Shown here in pieces: positions 15,956 to 27,512 of a stretch of 64,000 bases of DNA. Where the stretch lies: assembly GCF_009914755.1 (NCBI RefSeq), contig NC_060941.1. The stretch is one strand, 5' to 3'. Below the pieces are notes generated by a model that was not told the DNA's origin, searched no databases, and saw only the letters and a list, made by a program, of their open reading frames with translations. Numbering within the stretch: the stretch's first letter is position 1; each line of letters starts with the position of its first letter. This stretch comes from the human T2T-CHM13v2.0 reference genome, Homo sapiens. The translations under genes were made by a program, and so were the position numbers.

Positions 15956-17225
15956 TAACAAGTTCCCTCCCTCAACTGCCTTAATCTCTTTGCCTTCATT
16001 TTAGCATGTTCTATTGTTTTCATTTTGTATTGCCTGACAGTCCTCGCTACATTGGGGAGGACGTGCTATCTTGGTTCTTTTGTCCAGAGACTTGCTGCGT
16101 ATCTTGGAGCTCCTTTTGGGGAGACCCATCCCTTAGGCACATTCTGACTTACTGTAGTCTTACTTTTTCAGCTCTGCTACATGCAATATTATGTTCTCCA
16201 AAATTGTGCAGGTAGGAAATCCTTCATTCTTTCCTTCACCTTTGTAGGTAATGAAGGAGCCAAAATTCTCTCACCATCGTGAATATCTACCAAGAGTTTT
16301 CACAATGCTGCTTGACATTGTTGTCTGCTCTGGGAACCAGATAAACAAGTTTATTGCACTTCAGCCTAAATAACCTAAGTCATGTGTTCATGATCTTGTC
16401 TTGGGCCTAGCTTTGGTATTAGTGTTGGCTTAATAACTGAAGAAGATATTTTGTTTAAATTCTCACTTTGATAAAATTTTGGAGCCAAGGGGATTTTTTT
16501 TTTTCAAAGCAAAATTTTACAGGCTCTTGTGCCTTGCTCCTTAGAGCTCCATCCGGTCTGCAGCCGCGCCTCTTCATTTACCACCAGTAAAAGCCTGGTC
16601 TCGGGGTGGGCCACACAGTCTGTTTCCACTTTCTGCACTTTGGCTGACACCTAAAGGGGAAAGTTTCCTAAAACCATGACTTGGTGAGATATCCTAGCTG
16701 CCACTTCCAAGGGAGTGTTTCATAATATTGTCCAATCACCTGGTGTCTGGTATAAGAGGGCCAACACAAGTGTCTTCAGGCTTTGTTTTTCAGAACCAAT
16801 AATTCCATGAAATGCGAAAGGAAAGGTTGATTTCTGCAAGTCCCTGCTTTCAAGTTTCACTGCAAACCATTTGCACAGGAAGTCAAAAACATCTGTATTG
16901 GAAGGGTTTGGTCATTTTCTGAAAAATTCTATCTTTTCTTTAATCAAACATACCACATTTTCTTCCGCTTGGCAGGACTAAAGCAATCTGGAAAACTGGA
17001 ATTGTAGGATCTTAGAGCTGGACAGAACCTTATGAATCATCCAGTCTCATCTTTCCTCAGTGCAGGAATTTCCTTAGAAACATTACAAATGGCTCTAAAT
17101 TCTTTCCTGGGTTGAGGTCTCAGTGCTTCCTAAGACAGACCATCTAATTGTAGGCTGATTTTTATTGTTAGATACCTCTTTCTTTTTGGCTGTGGCAAAA
17201 TGTCACTAATAACTTTCTAGTCATT

Positions 17226-18328
17226 CATAAGGACGGGCAAAGATTTCATGACAAAGAGACCAAAAGCAATCACAACAAAGGCAAAAATTGACAAATGAGA
17301 TCTAATTAAACTTAAGAGCTTCTGCATAGCAAAGAAAACTACCAGCAGAGTAAACAGCCTACAGAATGGGAGAAAAGTTTTGCAAACTAGGCATCTGACA
17401 AAGGTCTAATATCCAGCATCTATAAGAAACTTAAATAAATTTACAAGAGAAAAACAAACAACCCCATTAAAAAGTGGGCAAAGGACATGAACAGAAACTT
17501 CTCAAAAGAAGACATATATGAGGCCAACAAGCATATGAAAAAAAGCTCAATATAACTGATTATTAGAGAAATGCAAATCAAAACCACAATGAGATACCAT
17601 CTCCCACCAGTCAGAATGGCTATTATTAAAAAGTCAAAAAATAGTAGATGCTGGCAAGGTCATGGAGAAAAAGAAACACTTTTACACTGTTGATGGGAGT
17701 GCATATTAGTTCAACTAGTTCAATTAGGTTTCTGGAAAGCAGTATGGCAAATCTTCAAAGAGCTAAAAGCAGAACTACCATTTAACCCAGCAATCCCATT
17801 ACTGGGTACACACCCAGAGGAATAAAAATCATTCTCCCATAAAGACACGTGCACACAAATGTTCATTGCAGCACTGTCCACAATAGCAAATACATGGAAT
17901 CAACCTAGATGCCCATGAATGGCAGATTGGATAAAGAAAATGTGGTACATGTATTCCATGTAATATTATGCAGCCATAAAAAAGAACAAGATCATGTCTT
18001 TGGAGGGAATATGGATGGAGCTGGAGGCCATTACCTTAGCAAACTAATGCAGAAACAAAAAACCAAATCTGCGTGTTCTCACTTATAAGTGGGAGCTAAA
18101 TGATAAGAACACGTGGACACAGACTTGAACAACAGACACTGGGGTCTGTTTGATGGGGGAGGGGGAGGGGAGGAACAGGAGCAGAAAAGAGAACTGTTGG
18201 TACTGGGTTTAATACCTAGATGATGAAACAACGTGTAGAACAATCCTCATGACACATGTTTACCTGTGTAACATGTACCTTCACATGTACCTCCAAACCT
18301 AAACTAAAGGTTAGAAATAAATAAATAG
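17226..18328 (+). mobile_element. 5'-truncated L1 (L1PA13-16-like): ORF2 C-terminus and 3'UTR
   Basis: GGGCAAAGATTTCATGAC...GAGATACCATCTC...GGAGCTAAATGATAAGAAC...; flanked by CTTTCTAGTCATT at 17213-17225 and 18695-18707. Confidence 0.92.
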
Positions 18329-18616
18329 GGCCAGGTGCAGTGTCTCATGCCTGTAATCCCAGCACTTTGGGAGGCCGAGGTGGGTAGATCATGAGGTCAG
18401 GAGTTCAAGACTAGCCTGGCCAAGATGGTGAAACCCTGTCTTTACTAAAAATACCAAAATTAGCTGGGCATGGTGGTGGGCGCCGGTAATTTCAGCTACT
18501 TGGAAGCCTGAGGCAGAGAATTGCTTGAACGTGGGAGGCAGAGGTTGCAGTGAGCCGAGATCATGCCACTACACTCCAGCCTGGGCGACAGAGCGAGACT
18601 CCATCTCAAAAAAAAA
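18329..18616 (+). mobile_element. Alu (AluSg-like) inserted in the L1 tail
   Basis: Full dimer; approximate TSD AAATAA[A/T]TAG. Confidence 0.95.
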
Positions 18617-18707
18617 TTAAATAATTAGAAAAATGAGTGGGAACACGCACATACAACACAACACACACATGCGTGCACACACACACACACACCCCTTTCT
18701 AGTCATT

Positions 18708-19155
18708 TGTGTTAGGCAAAAACGTGGCCCCAGTGATCTCTGCCTCTTGGTGTTATTCCTGTGAATGCGTTATATTACAAAGGGACTTTGCAGATGTAAT
18801 TAAGCTTGCTAATCAGTTTTTTTCTGAATTATTGTGCAGGCCTAATCTAATCACACGAGGCCTTGAAAGCAGAGCTCTTTCTTCAGCTGGTAGCATAAGG
18901 GAAGGTCAGAGATTCATGGTAAGGAAAGGATGGGATGTGCTGTCATTGGCTTAAAGATGAAAAGTGTCATGTGCCAAGGAAACTGGGATCTCAGTCCTGC
19001 AAGAGCCAGAAACAAAATCTTTCCAACAATTCAAAGGGGTTTGTACCCTTTGATTTCAGCCTTGCAGAACTCTGAGCAGAAGATGCAGCTGAATCACACC
19101 ATGCCCGGACTCCTGACCCACGGACCTGTGAAATAATAAATGGGTGTTCTTTTTA
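18708..19155 (+). mobile_element. MLT1 (D/E-like) MaLR solo LTR
   Basis: AAAGGGACTTTGCAGATGTAATTAAG, CTTTGATTTCAGCCTTG, CTGTGAAATAATAAATGGGTG. Confidence 0.8.
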
Positions 19156-19376
19156 CTTAAGACAGGACCCCCAGAGTCATCGGTGACTCTTGACTCTCCT
19201 TAGCATCCACATGCTAGTTATGACCTGTGCATTCCGCTTCAGGGTAGCTCAGGCAATGCCCCTCCTGTCCCTCCCAAATGCCACTTACAGTACTTCAGCC
19301 CCTTCCTGAGACTATGGCCATGTCCTTGCCACCTGGTGTACTCCTCCACCACACTACATATGAACAGTATAACACA

Positions 19377-19491
19377 TGGGTGGCCAACCATCCAGTTTGC
19401 ACAGGTCTGAGGGGCTTCCCAGAATGTCCAACTTTCCGTTTTAAAACTGGGAAAGTCTTGGGCAAATCAGGATGAGTGAGTGGATCACTCT
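19377..19491. mobile_element. MER81-like hAT MITE
   Basis: Degenerate terminal inverted repeats GGGTGGCCAACCATCCAGTTTGC / GGCAAATCAGGATGA...GATCACTCT; ~115 bp. Confidence 0.7.
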
Positions 19492-19699
19492 GCTGTTGGT
19501 TGTCTGCACATGACTGAGATGCCTCTGTCAAAAAGGCTGGTCATACTAGATATTTGTTTCTGGATCCTTCTTTGCAGCTTGGGCTTCGGCATATAATTTA
19601 ATGTCGGTCAATGGTATCAAAGGGAAATCTTCTGGGATGTGAATTAACAGAGATGCGCCAAAAGAAATGACCATTCTTGTTGGTTTCAAGTGTTTCTGT

Positions 19700-19930
19700 A
19701 TAAAGTTATGATGCCTGGAGCTGGTCATGAGCAGTTAAGCCTAAGGACCAAGTCATTATGCTGATGAGAAGAAAGAGGGAAGGAGCCGGGCTCCTTGAAC
19801 ACATGGCTGGCCCACTGCATCAAGCCTTCAGCCATTTCCTTCTGGACATTGTGTTATGGAAGAGAATATCATTGCAGCCACCTGTAGTCAAGGATTTTGT
19901 TTCTTGAAGTTGAAAACATCCTAATGGGTA
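19700..19930 (+). mobile_element. Old MLT1 (J/K/L-like) LTR fragment
   Basis: GATGCCTGGAGCTG...CTTCTGGACATTGTGTTATG...TTTTGTTTCTTGAAGTTGAAAACATCCTAA. Confidence 0.55.
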
Positions 19931-20914
19931 AGATACCATGGCTATTACTCATTCTGCCTCCTGAACACCTGTTTATATATCTATGAGCATTGCAGAATAC
20001 AGCCTTTCATAGTACTTTGGTCACATTTGCATTGCCATTTTGAGTCCTTATTTGAAATTCTAGTATATAGAAATAGTTTTCTTTCACATACAAGCGCAGT
20101 AGGTGGAGTAGATAGCAGGGCAACATAGAGACTTTGACAATGAAATTAGGAGAGACAAGGGAGGTTGAAGGAAGGCAAGCCAGAACTTCAGAACTGTTCT
20201 CTTCCCTCTTTAAAGACAAAAGGTGCTGGGGAGCATATGACAAGTTGGCAGTTCGTGTGGGGCAAAACATTATCCAGAGCAAGGCTTGGGGGATACAACC
20301 CTGCAAATTGGGGGAAGTGGGTGGAAAATATTACCTGGCATTGGTTAATATGTGTTTATGTATTCAGCATATCTAATTGCCCTACTCTGAGTCTTAGAGA
20401 CAGGCAGTCAAGGGAAGAGGGGGCCTACAACTCTGGGCCATAAGTGTGAAGTTACTGAACATTTACATCCAAGACCAGTTCTGAGGGGACGCTGCAACTC
20501 CGTGTGCATTCCATCAGCAACAATGCACAGTAGATTTACAAGTGTCTCCACAGATGTGTTAGTAAGCATCAAATATGAATGAAATTCATATTCATTTATC
20601 CATTTCAGAGAAACGCCATTGGTAATGTTTATATTTGGTGAAGAGCCTTTATAATTATGAACATAAACATATTTATAAGAGCTTTCATGAGCTCATTTGT
20701 GACTGCGATCCCCCAACTGTATTTGAAGATCTTAAGTTCAGATATGTCAGATTTTCCTTCTGTGAGGTTTTCAGGGGGATGACCCTCACAGTTCGGCATG
20801 GGGTTGCGGAGCAGAGAGTGGATTTGTCTCTGCCTCTGCAGGCACAGTACCGTCTTTGTGTTTGTATCTTCAATGTTTATCAGGGACAGGCAATAAATAT
20901 TTTTCTACAACCTA

Positions 20915-21350
20915 AATCTTGTAGGATCTTGTTGCCCCATTGCCTAAAAACTTCCAGTAGCTCTCACTGCCTATAGAATTAAATCCTTAGCATGATGTAT
21001 AAGGCCTTCCACAGTCGCATCTCAGTTTATCTGGCCAGTCTCCTCCTCAGATCCTCTGCCATTTCCTCCTGTACCCTCTGATGTTGCACACAGTAGTCAC
21101 TGTTCTCCAAATGCAGCTGGCACTTCCTCACTTGTGTACCTTTACTGATTCTGCCCCCTTCGATGGCATACCCTTTACTCAATGTATTCCTGGTAAAGTC
21201 CTACACATCATTTATATCTAACTGAAGGCCAGCTCCTCTTCATGATTTCTCTTTGTGCATATGCCTTAAAAGCAGGTGAGCACCTAGCAGAATGCCTAGC
21301 ATGTCTGATGTACTCAATAAGTGCCTGTGGCATTGAGTTGAGATGAGATA
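20915..21350 (+). mobile_element. L2 3' region
   Basis: AAAACTTCCAGTAGCTCTCACTGCCTATAGAATTAAATCC...CCTAGCAGAATGCCTAGCATG...CTCAATAAGTG. Confidence 0.7.
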
Positions 21351-21544
21351 AATTGCAATCCACCTCTTTGTAAGTTTGAAGATGGGCACTAGCTCTTTCC
21401 TGAACATACACAAGACAAATCCATTGCCTTTTCCACACAACCAATTCAATATTTGAAGGTACCCATCCAGCATCTATTTAACCTTTGCTTTTCCAGACCC
21501 TTCCAGTGATTACAATGAATATATGAGTCACTGATGATCAATCC

Positions 21545-21720
21545 TTAATAGTGTGCAGAGCTTTTTATGCATTTATGTCATTTGGCCCTCAGACAACTTC
21601 ATGAGGAAGGTAAAGCAGATATAAATCTGTCATGATCCCCATGGTAGAGATGAGGAAATTCAGTTCTAGAGAGGACAAGTGACTTGTGCAAGGTCACATG
21701 GCTATTCAGTTGAATAAGGT
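21545..21720 (-). mobile_element. MIR relic
   Basis: CCCCATGGTAGAGATGAGGAAATTCAG...AAGTGACTTGTGCAAGGTCACATGGCTA. Confidence 0.7.
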
Positions 21721-22299
21721 GAGTCAGAAGAATGACATTCTCATGTTCTTTTGTTTGCCTTTTTGAGTCCTAACCGTCTTGGCCTTTCTATTCTGAGGCA
21801 CCTCTAATGTGGATTTAAAGGGTTTTTGTTTGTTTGTTTACTTTTGGTCCTAAAGTTAGCCAGGAGTTCTGTTTTTCTTTCTGTGGTTGTCTTATTTGGC
21901 ATTGGATGGAAGTTGAGTGGAGCTAGAAAGCCTGGTTCTGACTGAGCACTCTGTGTCCTAGTGCAAAATGGGCACGGAGGGCTTGTGAACATCAGGGAGT
22001 GTGCCAAGTGTTACTGGTCAGTCCTGGTGATAGAAATTTTTGCACTTTTTTTTTTTCACTCGAACCACATGGGGATCTCCATCTGAAAGCTCCCAGACTG
22101 TGATTAGAGCCAATCTCTGACAGAGTTTCCAGGTATAAGCACCCTAATTGTTCACAAGTCATACAACAAATGTGCATCATTTTAGCCAGGTGATCTCAAT
22201 GGCCTCCCAAAGTTTGAGAATTGTTCTTCGGAGTCCATGGAAATACCACCTTTTCATGTGACAACCAGCAGGCTTGAATTTCTCTTTCTTCTCCTAAAT

Positions 22300-22715
22300 T
22301 GTATGTATGCAAATGTGTGCTTTTGTGTGTGTTGTTTTGTGTGTGTTGTATCTGTGTGGTTAGTGTGTGTGTGCTGTATCCCTGTGTGTTGTGATGTTTT
22401 GTTGTGCATGCTGTGCGTGGGTACATGCATTATGTTGTATGTGTCTTGTTGGGTGTGTGTAGGGAGTATATGTGTTGTAGCTCTGTGTCCTGTTGTGTGT
22501 GTTGTCTGCTTGTATGATGTTAGGTGTGTGTGTGTGTGTGTGTGTTGAATTTGTCTCTGGTGCCTGTGTTATATTACTGTGCATTGTGCTGTGCGCGTTG
22601 GGTAGGTGTGTTGTGTTGGGTGTGTATATGTTGTATCTGTGTTGTGTTGTGTGTGTTAGCTGCTTGTATGATGTGTGTGTGTGTGCGTGTGTGTGCGTGC
22701 GTGTGTGTGTGTTGG
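22300..22715. repeat. Degenerate (TG)-rich low-complexity tract
   Basis: About 410 bp of interrupted TG repeats; source of the Cys/Val-rich spurious ORFs. Confidence 0.9.
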
Positions 22716-24214
22716 TGGCAGAGGGAGAAAGGATTGAGGAGGAGGAATCTGTCTTCTTCTTAGGAATGGCAGGGATGTTGAAAAACCTTCTCTAAATCCC
22801 TAATCTTTTCACCCAAGATTAAGCATATAAAATTGTTGGCTTGAAGAAGTCAGATTCTTGATGACTCCAAAGAGACAGCAGCAAAGTGAGTCAAGAAGCT
22901 TAGCTTCCTATCAGCAAAGAGATAAAGGGGCTTCAGCTCTGAATGACAGTTTGAGCAATATACCCTAATCCGATTACCAGGGAATTCAGTGTCACTCTAT
23001 ATTAATGGTAGATTTTAAAAAATGAGGGCTAAAGAGTTAGTGTTCATTATCCAAAGACTTCAGTTATTCCTTAGGATGAAATCACCCTTGCCTGAAACTC
23101 AGGGTTAAGGGGCAGGAGACTGGGGTGAGGCTGGGGCGAGGGGCAGCGGCGGCTCATCTCCTAGAAGCGTCCTTTGTTCCCCCAGGCTTTGTTTAAGCTG
23201 TCAGCTTCTCCTCTGCTCAGAAGAGAGAAGGAGGAGTGGAGCCCAGGGGGATGTGGCAAAGTGAGGGGGCTGAATGAAACACCAAGTAAATTCTGCTTTG
23301 AATTTTCTAGCTGGAAAATTGTCACATTGAGTACATTTGCTGCCTCCTTTAACCTCCAGGCTAAAACAATTCCTCATTTTAAAATTGTCCTATGGGATTT
23401 AGCATCTTTTAATACTTTATTTGGTATTTGGAGGAAAAGAAAGGCAATGCGGTGTGAAAGAATAGAAAAGTATTTTTCCATTACAGAGCTAATTAATCTC
23501 CAGGGATTTCAATGGAAAGCCTAGTGTGAAACCGGGCAAAAGAATACAATTTGCAGGTAACAAACATACTCGTGGGTCCTGAATTCTGTTTTTTTGGCTT
23601 CTCTGTTTTAAATCCAAACCAGGTCCTTAAAGACCAAGGCTCACTACTTAGCTGGAGCACTGATATTTTGTGTTTCCTTAATGAAAGACTGATTTCTAGA
23701 CCAGGTGCCCAGAACTTTTATGGACTGGATTATGCTTTGAAAATAGTCTCACCTGGAAAGTGATTGGCAAACATTTCAACTATTTCTACCCTTGGCCTTA
23801 GTTGGGAGGGGATGCCTTGTGAATCTTGGGCAGTAAGCTGGAATGTGGTCTTTATGAAAGTGACTCCCAATATTCCCCTAAGATTCTAATATGACACTAG
23901 ACTTGGACTGAGCATTCAGTTCACTTACCTGAGTGAAAATAATTCGCTTTTAACTCTGGTTAGAAATCAAACTTATGAAGACAAGGAGAAAGCCTTATAT
24001 GGTTCCATGGAACTTCCTGATCTCAGAGAACCCTTAATTGGAGTCTGTTTTTCCTAACATACGCAAACGTATGTGAAGCAGTCTCGTGTAGAAGGTTCTC
24101 TTGTTTTAGCAGCTTGAGGGTAAAGGCAAATGTCTTCACTAAACTTATAGGAATTGCCAATTTGTTCTATAGGGATATTGGTAATTCCCAAATCTTGTTG
24201 ATCATCATCACCAT

Positions 24215-24340
24215 GAGGATACTTACCGAAATACAGAATCCTGGTTCAATTCTAGACCTAATCAAATTTTCAAGGGGCAGGGCACATTTTAAGAGCTCCC
24301 CACTTGAAGCTGGTGATGAACCAGGCTGGGGAGTCACTGA
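24215..24340. mobile_element. MER5-like hAT-Charlie relic
   Basis: AAATACAGAATCCTGG...CACATTTTAAGAGCTCCCC...CCAGGCTGGGGAGTCACTG. Confidence 0.55.
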
Positions 24341-25263
24341 GGCAGGACATCTTGAGGCAGAGGAGGACTCCTCAGGGAATGTAGCTGAAGTCCTCAAGAC
24401 GGTTTGGTCCCTTATTGTCTAATGATCTTTAAAATTTTTTAAAATTAAAACCTTATTTTGATATATATAATGTCGAGTTTGGAAAATCTATAAAGGGTGT
24501 AGCTTATGTCAGAAACATAAATATTTCTATGGTTCAAATCATTGCCCTTTATATTTTCCAGCTGATGAATGTAAGGCTTACAAAAAGCAGACAACTTGGT
24601 CAGGCTCAACCACGGACTAAGTGGCAGAGCCATGTTTCAAACTCAGTTTTGTTAGATCCCAAAGAGTCCATGCTCTTTCTCCTACATCATGCTTACAAGT
24701 GAAGAGGAAATACATGGGGCCTGAATTCCATGGTTCCTCTTTTCCAGGTGGATTTTTAACTAAGGGTGTGTCTTCTTACAGCCTTCTAGTTTTCATTGTG
24801 TTTGTTGCTTATAATTACAGATTGCTCCAGAGGAGAATAGGGTCAATTCTTTCCATTTGGCATGCAGGTCCTTAGCTATTTGTGAGGGCTGAACCAGAAG
24901 CTGTAGGCACTGATGTTACTGGCTGAAGTCGCACTGGAACATGTTGCTCTTCATATTTACGTATGCTATTTGCTACATTTCTCATTATCCTGAATGTAAG
25001 ATGTGTGCTTGCACTCAGTGCAGTTGAAAGAAGTTAGGCTGTTTGATTCAGCAAGAAAATCCTCTTCTTCCCTAAGGAGTTCATGGTTTACATGACAAAG
25101 CACTTTAAAAATCAAGTGAGGTATTCTGCATTCAGAAATAACGGTAAGGTCTCAAGTCAGGGAAGGGAGTAACTGGGCAGTGCAGATGTGTACTTTGAAA
25201 TAAGGCTGGTTTGATTCTAAAGACTGGAGCGAAAATGGATGTCATCATAGAGAATAACTGTAT

Positions 25264-27512
25264 TGATATGGTTTGGTTGTGTCTCCACCCAAATTTCATC
25301 TTGAATTGTAGTTCCCATAATCCCCATGTGTCGTGGGAGGGACCCAATTGGAGATAAGTAAATCATGGGGACAGTTTCCCCCATGCTAGTCTCATGATAG
25401 TAAGTTTTCACAAGATCTGATGGTTTCAAAAGGGGCTTCCCCCTTTGCTGAGCTCTTATTCTTCTCTTTCCTGCTGCTATGTGAAGAAGGATGTGTTTGC
25501 TTTCCCTTCTGCCATGATTGTAAGTTTCCTGAGGCCTCTCTCAGCCATGCTGAACTATGAGTCAATTAAACCTCTTTCCTTTATAAATTACCCAGTCTCA
25601 GGTATGTCTTTATTAGCAGCATAAGAACAGAATAATACAGGAAATTGTTACCACAGAGAGTGGGCTGCTGCTGTAAAGATACCTGAAAATGTGGAAGTGA
25701 CTTTGGAACTGGCTAACAGGCAGAGGTTGGAACAGTTTGGAAGGCTCAGAAGACAAGAAAGATGTGGGAAAGTTTAGAACTTCTTAGAGACTTGTTGAAT
25801 GGCTTTGACCAAATGCTCCTCCTCTTAGACGGAGATGAACTTGTTGGGAACTGGAGTAAAGGTCCCTCTTGCTATGCAAAGAGACAGGTAACATTTTGTC
25901 CCTGCCCTAGAGATCTGTGGAACTTTGAACTTGAGAGATATGATTTAGGGTATCCGGTGGAAGAAATTTCTAAGTGGCAAAGCATTCAAGAGGAAACAGA
26001 GCATAAAAGTTTGGAAAATTTGCAGACTGATGATGGGACAGAAAAGAAAAAACCATGTTCTGGGGTGAAATTTACATCAGCTGCAGAAATTTGCATAAGT
26101 ATGAGGAGCCGAATGTTAATCACCAAGACAATGTGGAAAATGTCTTCAAGGCATGTCATAGATCTTCATGGCACCACCTCCCATCACAGGCCCTAAGGCC
26201 TAGAAGGGAAAAATAGTTTTGTTGCCTGGGCCCAGGTCCCCCTGCTCTATGCATCCTTGGGACATGGTGCCCTGCATCCCAGCTGCTTGAGCTCCAGCCA
26301 TGGCTAAAAGTAGCTAATGTACAGCTCAGGCCATTGCTTCAGAGGGTGCAAGCCTCAAGACTTGGTGGCTTACATGTGGTGTTGGGCCTGCCGATGCACA
26401 GAAGTCAAGAATTGAGGTTTGGGAAACTCTGCCTAGATTTCAGAGCACATATAGAAATGCCTGAATGTCCAGGCAGAAGTCTGCTGCAAAGTCAAAGCCC
26501 TCATGGAGAACCTCTGCTAGTGCAGTGTGGAAAGGAAATGTGGGTAGTAGCCACCACACAGAGTACCCACTGGGGCACTGCCTAGTGGAGCTGTGAGAAG
26601 AGGGCCACCATCCTCCAGACCCCAGAATGGTAGATCCACTGACAGCTTGCACCATGCACCTAAAAAAGCTGCAGATATTTAATGCTAGCATGTGAAAGCA
26701 GCCAGGAGTGGGGTTGTACCCTGAAAAGCCACAGGAACAGAGCTCCCCAGGGCCATGGGAGCCCACCTCTTGCATCAGCATGCCCTGGATGTGACATATG
26801 GAATCAAAGGTGGTCATTTTTGAACTTTAAGGTTTAATGACTACCCTACTGGGTTTCAGACTTGCATGGGCACCTGTAGCCCCTTTGTATTGGCCAATTT
26901 CTTTTATTTGGATTGGGTGTATTTACTTAATGCCTCTATCCCCATTGTATCTAGGAAGAAGTTAACTTGCTTTTGATTTTACAGGCTCATAGGTGGAAGA
27001 GGTCTTGTCTCAGATTAGACTTTGGACGTGGACTTTTAAGTTAATGCTGGAGTGAATTGGGACTTTGGGGGATTCTTGGAAGGGCATGATTATGTTTTGA
27101 AATGTGAGGACATGAGATTTGGGAGGGTCAGGGGTGGAATAATATGGTTTGGCTGTGTCCCCACCCAAATCTCATCTTGAATTGTAGTTCCCATAATCTC
27201 CACATGTCATGGGAGGGACCTGATGGGAGGTAATTGAAACATGAAGGTGGTTTCCCCCATGCTATTCTTGTGATAGTGAGTAAGTTCTCACAAGATCTGA
27301 TGGTTTCATAAGGGGATTCATTTGGCTCTCATCCTTCTCCTTCCTGCTGCCACGTGAAGAAGGACATGATTGCTTCCCCTTCTGCTATGATCATAAGTTT
27401 CCTGAGGCCTCCTTCAGCCATGCTGAACTGTGAGTCAATTAAACCTCTTTCCTTTATAAATTATCCAGTCTCAGATATGTCTTTATTCGCAGTGTGAGAA
27501 TAGACTAATACA
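25264..27512 (+). mobile_element. Full-length THE1 (C/D-like) MaLR: 5' LTR 25264-25639, internal region, 3' LTR 27140-27512
   Basis: Two ~375-bp LTRs (TGATATGGTTTGG...TAATACA), THE1-int body, purine tract GGGAGGGTCAGGGGTGGAA before the 3' LTR; degenerate 5-bp TSD TGTAT/TGTGC. Confidence 0.95.

Noticed and set aside
20572-20592. 9-bp inverted repeat AATATGAAT-GAA-ATTCATATT
   Set aside because: AT-rich and short; expected by chance in 64 kb.
22196-22795. Cys/Val- and His/Thr-rich ORFs resembling metal-binding peptides
   Set aside because: Direct translation of (TG)n/(CA)n low-complexity DNA.
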